A stretch of 41,842 nt of DNA from positions 1-41,842 of the forward strand of contig JBFMGU010000072.1 in the NCBI GenBank assembly GCA_040752415.1. Reading direction: 5' to 3'. Made by a program: the position numbers and the translations under genes. The DNA comes from Myxococcota bacterium (GTDB taxonomy: Bacteria > Myxococcota > JACRCW01). Under the pieces are notes generated by a model. That model was not told where the DNA came from. It was given only the letters and a program-made list of their open reading frames with translations, and made no database searches. This document shows positions 13,566-21,500 of this stretch, one piece after another. Positions within the stretch are counted from its first letter, which is position 1. Each line of letters opens with the position of its first letter.

Positions 13566-14444
13566 CTACTTCTGCGTCCCGCCGGTGGGCTCGGGGGCCT
13601 TGTCCACGTTGGTGGGCTTGCCGTTGGGGCCGCCCAGCTTCTCGGCGGAGAAGTCCTCATCCTTGAGCCCGGCGCCCAGGTTCACGGACTCCACCTTCAG
13701 CAGGGTCTGCGAGCCCTCCACCACATTCTTCATCTCCACCTCGATAGGAACCAGGCTCTTGCCCTCCATGCGCATGCGCTTGACGTTCAGCACCTTGACG
13801 ATGCGCCCGTCCAGGCCACGGAACTCCAGGCGCACCGGCACCAGCACGTCCTTGCGGATGTACGCGGTGATGGCGGAGTACGGGCTGCCCGGAACCAGCG
13901 GCGTGGCCTCGATGGCGTAGGTGTCAAACCCGCCGATCTTGACGTCGCTGAGGCGCTTGAGGCGCACCTGGGACGGGTCGGTGGGGATGGGGGTCAGGTC
14001 GATGTACGAGAAGTCACTGCCGAGCAGCTTGTTGTAGAGCTGCGTGGCGGTCACGGTCCGCACCTTCTGGAACTTGGGCAGGTACACGTACTGCTCCGGC
14101 GGACCCAGCTCCCGCTGACGCATGAGGAACGCGGTGCCCGCCACCTCGTCGGGGGAGCGGAACCGCACAATGGTGCGCGCCAGCCCCTCCGCGCTCTTCA
14201 AGGCCTGCACCTCCAGGTCATGCAGTCGGATGTCGCCCTTGGGCGTGTGGATCTCCATCTTCAGCGTGGCCTGCCCGGCGCTGAACCCCAGCACGTTGCG
14301 GTCAAAGGCCGCCTTGATGATCTCCTCCGGGCTCAGGTTGTCCTCGGCGCGGGCCACACCACCCGTTGCCAGCACGAGCCCCAGGCCCAGCACGCCCACC
14401 ACCAACCGGCTCAAGCCGGCAAATGCGCTTCGCTCCATCTCCAC
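13566..14444 (-). CDS. Outer-membrane lipoprotein-sorting (LolA-like) periplasmic protein
   Basis: Signal peptide ending ARA; RFRSPDEVAGTAFL, YVYLPKFQKVR, LLGSDFSYIDL, GLKDEDFS motifs. Confidence 0.85.
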   Translation of the reverse strand: MEMERSAFAGLSRLVVGVLGLGLVLATGGVARAEDNLSPEEIIKAAFDRNVLGFSAGQATLKMEIHTPKGDIRLHDLEVQALKSAEGLARTIVRFRSPDEVAGTAFLMRQRELGPPEQYVYLPKFQKVRTVTATQLYNKLLGSDFSYIDLTPIPTDPSQVRLKRLSDVKIGGFDTYAIEATPLVPGSPYSAITAYIRKDVLVPVRLEFRGLDGRIVKVLNVKRMRMEGKSLVPIEVEMKNVVEGSQTLLKVESVNLGAGLKDEDFSAEKLGGPNGKPTNVDKAPEPTGGTQK

Positions 14445-14524
14445 TCAACCTCTGTCGCGCGCCCATCCCCGCTCGCGCCGAAGACTCCCCATGCCCCGCC
14501 GCTTGACGGCGTCACAGAGAGATA

Positions 14525-14553
14525 ATTGTAGATGAGACGAATTTTGGAGACAA
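14525..14553 (-). promoter_or_regulatory. Sigma70-type promoter for the LolA-like gene
   Basis: Minus strand TTGTCT-N17-TACAAT in an AT-rich patch about 80 nt upstream of the start. Confidence 0.65.
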
Positions 14554-14568
14554 GGGATTCAGGTCCTC

Positions 14569-15930
14569 TCAGTCTCCGCCCCCGGTGACGGTGGCCCCGC
14601 GGGTGAGCACGTGGGGCAGCAGCCTTCCTGGAAGGATCTTGCGCTCGACGCTCACGCCGCAAATGCGCTGCAGCAGATCAAACGCGTTGCCGGAGATCAG
14701 GGTCTCCCGGAGCGCCTCCGCCTGCTGGCCCGCGCGGATCCGGAAGCTGCTCTTGACCACGCCGGAGAAGTCCCCGCTGACCTCGTCCACGCTGCCGGCG
14801 AACCGGCCCACGTAGATCCCCTCGCCCACCTCGGCCACCAGGTCGGACACGCGCGCGTCGCCGGCGGACACGTCGATGCGCGTGACGTCGATCCCCGGGA
14901 CGCTGCGCGCGTCGCCGGAGGCGTGGCCGGTGGGCGTCTGGCCCATGCGTCGCGCGCTCTGCGCGTTGTGCAGGAAGGTGCGCAGGACGCCGCGGTCCAA
15001 CAGGGGCGTGCGCACGTGGCCCAGGCCCTCGCGGTCGAACGCCTCGCTGGCCACGTCGCCGTCGACGGTGGGGTCGTCCAGGACGCTGAGACGCGCGTCG
15101 GCCACGGACTGTCCCAGCTTGCCCGCGAGCTGACTGCGCCCCCGGCGCACCGCATCCCCGTCCATGGACGCGAACAGCGGCTCCAGCAGGATCTCCTCCA
15201 GCGCCTCCGGCGAGAACAGCAGCAGCGGCGTGGCGGGCCCGTCGTAGGGACGCGCGCCGAGCAGGCGCAGGAGCTTCTCCCCCAGCAGCTTTCCCGGCTC
15301 GCTGCCCGGCAGCTCCCTGAGCGCGCGCACCGCGGCAACCTCGTGATCAAAACCGCTGACGTCGTCACCGTCCACGGCCATGCCGAACACGGACGCCGAG
15401 GCCGCGGTGCCCCGCTCCTCCGCGCGCACGCCGCGGGTGCTCACCACCGCGCGCGCCCCCGCCGCGAACTGCACCTCCGCCCCGTCAATGCTGACGCGCG
15501 GATCCACGCCACGGGCCGCGGTCAAGAGCGCGTGACAACGCTCCACCGCGAGCTCCACGGTGCCAGCGCTCATGCCGGGGTCGTCCAGGCCGCGGAGCGT
15601 GGGGATGGGTCGGGGGTCGGGGAGTGTGTCGTCGCCACCGTTGCTGGCGCGGGCCAGCGAGACGGCGGAGCGGGCGGCCTCGGTGATCGCCGCCTCGTCG
15701 CCGCGGTTGAGCGCGCAGAAGCCCACGGCGCCCTTCACCATGACGCGAAGGCCCAGCTGGATGGACTCCTCGCTCTCCGCACCGACGAGATCGTTCTGCT
15801 CGGCGCGAGCGCTCACCACGGAGTCATGTTCGGCGTAGGCCTCCGCCTCGTCGGCGCCGGCCTTGCGCGCCGCCTCCACGGCCGCCTGGCAGAGCTGCAA
15901 CAGGTCCGGAGCGGAGGCGGCGGCAACCAC
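14569..15930 (-). CDS. pmbA: TldD/PmbA family protein (PmbA/TldE-like subunit)
   Basis: GADEAEAY, LGLRV, DDPT...FDREG, GVLRTFLH, TGHA, SGDFSG, ISGN motifs; no TldD-type HExxxH seen. Confidence 0.85.
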   Translation of the reverse strand: MVAAASAPDLLQLCQAAVEAARKAGADEAEAYAEHDSVVSARAEQNDLVGAESEESIQLGLRVMVKGAVGFCALNRGDEAAITEAARSAVSLARASNGGDDTLPDPRPIPTLRGLDDPGMSAGTVELAVERCHALLTAARGVDPRVSIDGAEVQFAAGARAVVSTRGVRAEERGTAASASVFGMAVDGDDVSGFDHEVAAVRALRELPGSEPGKLLGEKLLRLLGARPYDGPATPLLLFSPEALEEILLEPLFASMDGDAVRRGRSQLAGKLGQSVADARLSVLDDPTVDGDVASEAFDREGLGHVRTPLLDRGVLRTFLHNAQSARRMGQTPTGHASGDARSVPGIDVTRIDVSAGDARVSDLVAEVGEGIYVGRFAGSVDEVSGDFSGVVKSSFRIRAGQQAEALRETLISGNAFDLLQRICGVSVERKILPGRLLPHVLTRGATVTGGGD

Positions 15931-15933
15931 GGG

Positions 15934-16941
15934 TCAGTCCTCTTCCGCGCCGTCGAGGCGGTCCAGGGCGCTGTCGTCCTCTTCCTCCTCCTCGGCGTCC
16001 TCGACGATCACGCTGCGGCGGGAACGCTCCTCGTCCTCTTCCAGGGAGTCATCCGGGCGCACCGCGGGCGTGGCACGGGCGGGAAGATCATCCTCGTCCG
16101 GCTCGATCAGGGAGCGCTTGCGCGGCTCGTCCTCGTCCTCGAGGCCCTTCTTCTTGGGCAGGGCGGGACGCTGCGAGAGCAGGCGCGCGGCCAGCGGTGC
16201 ATCCGCGTTGGCCTCCTCGAACGGCTTGAAGGCCTGCCAGCCGCAATAGATGCACGAGTAGTACTCCTCCTGCGCATACGTGCGGGCCAGCACCACGCCG
16301 CGGCTCTTGCACTTGGGGCACTCACTCCGACGGGACGGGCTGAGCGGCGTGTTGGGGAACAACGGCGCCACCGACTGCGGTGCCGCACGCGGAGCAATCT
16401 GCGGGGGCAGGCTGCCACCCGGACGCGCGGGCGGGAGCGTCACCGGCTTGCGGGCGGCGGGCGCCGCCACCGGCGTCACCGACGGAGGACGCGTGCCCAT
16501 GGGAACCGGCGGTGCGGCGGGCTTGGCGGCGGCGGCCACGGCGGGACGCGCAGCGGGCGCGGGAGCGGCGGGACGCGCGGCGACAGGCACCACCGCGGGC
16601 TTGGCCGCAGCAGGCTTGGCGACGGGAGCGGCGACGGGCGTCTCCTCCTCGTCCTTCTCACGGGGCGAGGACGGGCCCTCCTTCTTGACCTGCATCCGGT
16701 ACTTGTCCAGCAACGCGTCGACGCTGCGCTCCAGGTCCTTGGGCCCGCGGCGCCAGATGGCCATGATGGCCTTGCCCAGGGCCTCACGCGCGGTCACGCC
16801 GGGCTGCACCTCGGTGCCCGCCTTGGCCTGGACGCGGAAGTCCTTCAGCAGGTCATTGAGTTTGTTGGTCCCTTCCGGCGTGGGGGCTCCCTTGAGGAGC
16901 TCGTGGAGCTGGGCGGCCAACTGCTCGCGTGCGGTGGTCAT
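15934..16941 (-). CDS. Hypothetical protein with Pro/Ala linker, C4 zinc ribbon and acidic tail
   Basis: ATG 16941 (MTTARE); CPKC-x17-CIYC; GC3-biased codons; ends 3 nt before the pmbA start. Confidence 0.75.
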   Translation of the reverse strand: MTTAREQLAAQLHELLKGAPTPEGTNKLNDLLKDFRVQAKAGTEVQPGVTAREALGKAIMAIWRRGPKDLERSVDALLDKYRMQVKKEGPSSPREKDEEETPVAAPVAKPAAAKPAVVPVAARPAAPAPAARPAVAAAAKPAAPPVPMGTRPPSVTPVAAPAARKPVTLPPARPGGSLPPQIAPRAAPQSVAPLFPNTPLSPSRRSECPKCKSRGVVLARTYAQEEYYSCIYCGWQAFKPFEEANADAPLAARLLSQRPALPKKKGLEDEDEPRKRSLIEPDEDDLPARATPAVRPDDSLEEDEERSRRSVIVEDAEEEEEDDSALDRLDGAEED

Positions 16942-17001
16942 GTTCGGGCGAATCCTGGAGTCAAGGGAATTGAGGTGGGGGGGCCACCAAGGGGGGGTGG
17001 G

Positions 17002-17029
17002 AACATAGGCAAACCTGAAAGGTTGGCAA
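17002..17029 (-). promoter_or_regulatory. Possible sigma70-type promoter with an overlapping inverted repeat
   Basis: Minus strand TTGCCA-N16-TATGTT; the spacer and -35 box are overlapped by the near-palindrome GCAAACCT-GAA-AGGTTGGC. Confidence 0.4.
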
Positions 17030-17178
17030 GTGCACCGCACCCCGCCCGTCGCAAACGGCACCACTGACGACGGGCTACCGCACCACATAGCGACGGAAGG
17101 CCGCGGATCAACCGCCACAAGCTTGTTGCGCGCGCTGCTTGGCCGCAGGATGCGGTTTCCCAGGCAACCGGAGGGACC

Positions 17179-17676
17179 ATGGGCAGGCGCGGCAACAAGG
17201 ACAAGGACTCAGCGCCCGAGCGAAAGCGTGGACGGGCCGCCATCTTCGCCGCCCGCCTGGAGCTGGACCGGCCCGCGCCCCCCTCGCCCGCCGCCGTCGA
17301 GGAGGACGACACCACCTTGAGCATCGAGGTGGCGCCCGCGCCCGCCGCGGCGGAGGCGGCACCGGGAGGGTGGCAGAACGTGCTGGGCCTGCTGGATGAG
17401 GTCCAGGACGCGCTGGCCCGTTCCGGCAAGGCCCTGCAGGTGCAGGTGGAGGCCATGGCGGCGGAGCGCGCGCTGCGGCGCAGGCTGCAGGAGCTGGGTG
17501 ATGCCCTGGCCCGCCGCGCCAGCGCGGACGACAACCTCCAGCTCCCGGAAGATCTGACGCGCATGGTGGAAGAAACAGAACAGTTGCGTTTGTCGGCCGG
17601 TGCCGCTAGAGACGCTGCCCGCTCTTCGGAACAAGACACGGTGCGTGAGCCGCTGTCCCCGCCCGAGAGCACGTGA
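17179..17676 (+). CDS. Hypothetical coiled-coil protein
   Basis: GGAGG RBS before the ATG; GC3 bias over most of the length; helical C-terminal half. Confidence 0.6.
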   Translation: MGRRGNKDKDSAPERKRGRAAIFAARLELDRPAPPSPAAVEEDDTTLSIEVAPAPAAAEAAPGGWQNVLGLLDEVQDALARSGKALQVQVEAMAAERALRRRLQELGDALARRASADDNLQLPEDLTRMVEETEQLRLSAGAARDAARSSEQDTVREPLSPPEST

Positions 17677-17694
17677 GGTGATGCGGAAGGTTGT

Positions 17695-17770
17695 GGGGCT
17701 GTAGCTCAGCTGGGAGAGCGCCTGAATGGCATTCAGGAGGTCGTCGGTTCGATCCCGATCAGCTCCACCA
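17695..17770 (+). tRNA. tRNA-Ala (GGC)
   Basis: 76-nt cloverleaf GGGGCTG...CAGCTCCACCA; anticodon arm CCTGA-ATGGCAT-TCAGG; GGTTCGATCC T-loop; G3-U70 pair; encoded CCA. Confidence 0.98.
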
Positions 17771-17789
17771 AGCACACCTCGTCGGTAGC

Positions 17790-17828
17790 AGGGCCTGGAC
17801 GGCGTCAACCTCCAGGCCCTTTTTGTTT
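17790..17828 (+). terminator. Intrinsic terminator after tRNA-Ala
   Basis: AGGGCCTGGA-N11-TCCAGGCCCT followed by TTTTGTTT. Confidence 0.85.
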
Positions 17829-17876
17829 CCGCACGTTGGCGTTGCCGCCTGGGCTTCTCGTCGGTAAGCACGGGCC

Positions 17877-18665
17877 ATGGCCTTCCGTCGCCACGCGCTG
17901 CTTCCCGTGTTGCTGGTGATCCTGGCCTGCCCGCGCGAGCCCGCGTCCCCGCCCTCCCCGTCCGACGCGGCGCCCACGCTGGTGGACGCGCAGCCGGTGT
18001 CGGACACCGCGGAGATCACGCCGGGCGCGCGTTTCCACGTCGGGGTGCGCTTCCGGATCGCCCCCGGTTGGCACATCTACTGGAAGAACCCCGGCGACAG
18101 CGGCCTGGCCACGCGGATCACGCTGGATGCGCCACCCGGCTTCACGGTGGGCGAGGCGCTCTACCCCGGGCCCACGCGCTTCACCTCGCCCGGCAACCTG
18201 GTCAGCTACGGCTACCACGACGAGACCATGGTGCTCCTCCCGGTGCAGGCGCCCACGCCGCTGCCGGCGGCTCCGTCGCTGCAGATCACTGCGCGCTGGC
18301 TCGTGTGCAAGGAGTCGTGCATCCCGGGGAAGGCCACGTGGCCGCTCAGCTTCCCGCGCCCGTCCGACGCCAACGCGATCGCCCCCTACCTCGCCCGCAT
18401 GCCCCAACCCCTCCCGCCCGACGTGCGCTGGCAGTGGGAAGGCATGACGCTGCTGCTCACCCTCCCCAACGTGAGCGACGCCGAGCTGTTCCCCAACCCG
18501 CCCGAGGGCGTGGAGTACGCGGGACACGCGGTGACGCCGGACGACGCGCTGGCGGCGCATTTCACCCGCGCGGGCACGACGCCACTCCAGGGTGGCCAGG
18601 GCGTGCTGCGCCTGAAGGATCGCTACTTCAACGTGCAGGTGCCCTGGCCCCAGGGCGTTCCCTGA
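17877..18665 (+). CDS. Exported protein-disulfide reductase DsbD N-terminal-domain protein
   Basis: GWHIYWKNPGDSG, YGY and WLVCKESCIPG motifs; lipobox-like LILAC; no transmembrane DsbD domain. Confidence 0.85.
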   Translation: MAFRRHALLPVLLVILACPREPASPPSPSDAAPTLVDAQPVSDTAEITPGARFHVGVRFRIAPGWHIYWKNPGDSGLATRITLDAPPGFTVGEALYPGPTRFTSPGNLVSYGYHDETMVLLPVQAPTPLPAAPSLQITARWLVCKESCIPGKATWPLSFPRPSDANAIAPYLARMPQPLPPDVRWQWEGMTLLLTLPNVSDAELFPNPPEGVEYAGHAVTPDDALAAHFTRAGTTPLQGGQGVLRLKDRYFNVQVPWPQGVP

Positions 18666-18683
18666 TCACCCGGAGGAGATGCC

Positions 18684-19304
18684 ATGCCGTCCAAGTCGTT
18701 GTTGCTTGCTGGTGCCGCGCTGTTGCTCGTCGTGGGAGTGGCGGGAGCGGGTCCGGCGCCTGCCGCCAAGGCGGAAGTGGGACAGCCCGCGCCCGACTTC
18801 ACGCTCACCGACCTGCAGGGCAAGTCCGTCACGCTGAGCCAATTCAAGGGCAAGCGCGTGGTGCTGGAGTGGTTCAACCCGGAGTGTCCCTTCGTTGTCT
18901 ACGCGCACACCAAGGGACCGCTGAAGGAGCTGGGGAAGAAGTACACGGCGCAGGGCGTGGTCTGGCTGGCCATCAACTCCGGCGCACCGGGCAAGCAGGG
19001 CGCGGGCAAGGACAAGAACGTGGCCAAAGCCAAGGAGTACGGCATGGACTACCCCGTCCTCCTCGACGAGAGCGGCACGGTGGGCCAGAGCTACGGCGCC
19101 CGGACCACGCCGCACATGTACGTGATCGACGAGAAGGGCGTGCTGGTCTACCGCGGCGGCCTGGACAACGCGCCGCTGGGGGAGCCGGAGGGCGGCAAGC
19201 TGGTGAGCCACGTGGAGAACGCGCTGGGAGACCTGGCGGCGGGCCGGCGCGTGGCCACTCCCGACACCAAGCCGTACGGATGCAGCGTGAAGTACGGCGG
19301 CTGA
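18684..19304 (+). CDS. Exported redoxin / peroxiredoxin-like thioredoxin-fold protein
   Basis: GQPAPDFTL, VLEWFNPECPFV, YGARTTPHMYVID, YRGGLD, YGCSVKY; signal peptide; GGAGG RBS. Confidence 0.9.
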   Translation: MPSKSLLLAGAALLLVVGVAGAGPAPAAKAEVGQPAPDFTLTDLQGKSVTLSQFKGKRVVLEWFNPECPFVVYAHTKGPLKELGKKYTAQGVVWLAINSGAPGKQGAGKDKNVAKAKEYGMDYPVLLDESGTVGQSYGARTTPHMYVIDEKGVLVYRGGLDNAPLGEPEGGKLVSHVENALGDLAAGRRVATPDTKPYGCSVKYGG

Positions 19305-19305
19305 T

Positions 19306-20115
19306 TCAGCCGAACGCCGACGGGGAAAGCAGCACCACCGCAGCGATCACGATGCGATAGAGCGCGAAGGGACGCAGCGTGGTGGTCTGCACCAAGCGGA
19401 TGAAGCCCTTGATGGCCAGCCAGGCGGACACAAAGCTGACGACGAGACCGACGGAGAAATGCGGCAGGTCCGCGGCGCTGAGCAGCCCGCCCTTGATGCC
19501 CTTGTAGAGATCCAGCGCCGTGGCCGCGCAGATGATGGGCACGGCGGCAAAGAACGAGAACTCCGCCGCCGCCGCCCGCGAGAGCCCCACGCCCATCCCG
19601 CCCAGGATGGTGCACGCGGAGCGCGACATCCCCGGCCACAACGCCAGGCACTGGCACAGCCCCACGCCCAGCGCCTGCCGCCAGTCCAGCTCGTCGAGGC
19701 TGTGCGTGCGCACCTTCAGCGGCAGCGCCTCCACGACGAAGATGGCCACCGCGCCCACCGCGAGCCCAAGCGCCACCGTGGTGGGATTGAACAGGTTGCG
19801 CTTGATGAAGCCGTGCAACAGCGCGCCCATCACGAACGCGGGCAGCGACGTGAGCGCAATGAGCCCGATGCCCCGCACGCCGGCAAATCCGCTGTCCTGC
19901 GGCGGTCGCACCAGGCCCCAGAAGCGACGCCAGTACAGCACAACGACAGCGAGCATGGCGCCAGACTGGATGGCCACCTCGAAGGTGTCGGCGGCGTCGC
20001 CTTTGAAGCCGAGCGCGTGCCCCGCGAGGATGAGGTGGCCGGTGGATGAGACGGGCAGGAACTCGGTGAGGCCTTCCACCACGCCCAACACCAACGCCAC
20101 CAGCAACAGGTCCAT
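19306..20115 (-). CDS. uppP: Undecaprenyl-diphosphate phosphatase
   Basis: GVVEGLTEFLPVSSTGHL, IQSGA, PGMSRS, AAEFSF, FALYRI; ATG at 20115. Confidence 0.96.
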   Translation of the reverse strand: MDLLLVALVLGVVEGLTEFLPVSSTGHLILAGHALGFKGDAADTFEVAIQSGAMLAVVVLYWRRFWGLVRPPQDSGFAGVRGIGLIALTSLPAFVMGALLHGFIKRNLFNPTTVALGLAVGAVAIFVVEALPLKVRTHSLDELDWRQALGVGLCQCLALWPGMSRSACTILGGMGVGLSRAAAAEFSFFAAVPIICAATALDLYKGIKGGLLSAADLPHFSVGLVVSFVSAWLAIKGFIRLVQTTTLRPFALYRIVIAAVVLLSPSAFG

Positions 20116-20273
20116 GCGCGCTCCAAAAGCCCAGCAGGGACCGGCGTCTGACACACCGCCCGCCGCGCCGGCAAGGATGTGCGCGGTGGACAGCGCGCCC
20201 CGGGTCAGCCCATGGTCATCCGACGCGCCGCCACGTCCTGGGGTCCCCTGGCGGCTCTGGTTGAGGCTTCCGA

Positions 20274-21500
20274 ATGCGAATCTCACGCGCGCTCGTCGTG
20301 ATTGCCGTGTGTCTCCCGCTCCCGCTGATGGCCTACGTCCGCGTCAAGGACGCCGCGGGCCGCGTGAACCAGTGGGACGCCTTTGACGGTCCCGTCGAGT
20401 ACTGGGTGTCCAGCGAGGGCACCATTGACGTGGAGGACCACAACCAGACCATCAGTGCCGTCGAGAACGCGTTCCGCACCTGGGAGTGCGTGCCCTGCTC
20501 CACCATCCAGTTCCGCAACATGGGCGCCGGCCCCACGCGCGTGGACCAGGACGGCAAGAACGCGGTGGTGTGGATGGACAACCGGACCCAGCTGCAGGCG
20601 CTGCTCGGCGCGGACCCCGACGGGATGCTCGCCACCACCATCAACTTCGACCCGGACGCGCACCCGTTCTTCGAGCAGGACATCGTCTTCAACGACACCA
20701 CCTTCCACGGCGACGACCTGCGCTGGTCCAACAGCCCCGGCCCGTACGTGCCCGACGCCGGCTACATCGAGGTCGACATCGAGACGGTGATGGTGCAGCA
20801 GGTGGGCCTGTTCCTGGGCCTGGACGTCAACTGCGACCCGCCCGGCAGCGACAACTGCGCCTCGCTCTCGACGAGCGTCATGGCTCCCGCGTACGGCGGC
20901 CCGCAGCACCAGCTCCGCCAGGATGACATGGACGGCGTGTGCGCCATCTACCCCAACGACGCGGGCATGGCGAAGTGCCAGGGCGCGCGCCTGCGTGAGT
21001 CCTGTGAGCGGGACTGTGACTGCGCTCCGGGCCTGGTCTGCGTTCCCGACGGAGATCGTCGCATGTGCAGCCAGAAATGCACCGCGGATGATCCGGTGTG
21101 TCCCAACCAGACCGGCTGCGTGCTGGCGCCCAAGGATGGCGAGGGCGCGGGGACCGGGCTGTGCCTGCGTCGCAACGAGGACAACGCCAACCTGGACGGC
21201 ATGGTCTGCGTCTCCGACAGCAACTGCGAGTCGCTCTCCTGCACGCGCGTGGCCAGCATTGGCAAGCAGGTGTGCGTGACGCGGTGCTCGGACGCTTCGC
21301 AGTGCCAGGGCGGATATTCCTGCGTGGATGGCGTCTGTCTGTTGCCCACCGCCGGAGCCACGGTGAGCTGCGACCCGCCACCCGCCGCCCAGGAGCCTCC
21401 GCCCGAGGACAAGGGCCCCTTCGGCTGCAGCAACGCGCCGCTGGCCACCCTGCCCGCCTCGCTGGTGCTGCTCGCGCTGTGGCGCCGGCAGCGCCGCTAA
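20274..21500 (+). CDS. Secreted matrixin (M10)-like protein lacking zinc ligands, with Cys-rich repeats and a MYXO-CTERM-like tail
   Basis: AFRTW, DGKNAVVW, DIVFND, DIETV, SVMAP (Met-turn), LRQDDMDGVCAIYP; HExxHxxGxxH position reads QQVGLFLGLDV; C-terminal GCS...LVLLALWRRQRR. Confidence 0.8.
   Translation: MRISRALVVIAVCLPLPLMAYVRVKDAAGRVNQWDAFDGPVEYWVSSEGTIDVEDHNQTISAVENAFRTWECVPCSTIQFRNMGAGPTRVDQDGKNAVVWMDNRTQLQALLGADPDGMLATTINFDPDAHPFFEQDIVFNDTTFHGDDLRWSNSPGPYVPDAGYIEVDIETVMVQQVGLFLGLDVNCDPPGSDNCASLSTSVMAPAYGGPQHQLRQDDMDGVCAIYPNDAGMAKCQGARLRESCERDCDCAPGLVCVPDGDRRMCSQKCTADDPVCPNQTGCVLAPKDGEGAGTGLCLRRNEDNANLDGMVCVSDSNCESLSCTRVASIGKQVCVTRCSDASQCQGGYSCVDGVCLLPTAGATVSCDPPPAAQEPPPEDKGPFGCSNAPLATLPASLVLLALWRRQRR

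Noticed and set aside
17008..17060. GGCAAACC-TGAAA-GG resembling the P2 arm of a c-di-GMP-I/GEMM riboswitch
   Set aside because: The stem is too short, and the following GACGCAAA junction and P3 tetraloop receptor are absent; better explained as a promoter-overlapping inverted repeat.
17695..17876. tRNA-Ala as a possible integration site for an island
   Set aside because: No integrase, no duplicated tRNA 3' end and no evident composition shift; it is followed by an ordinary terminator.
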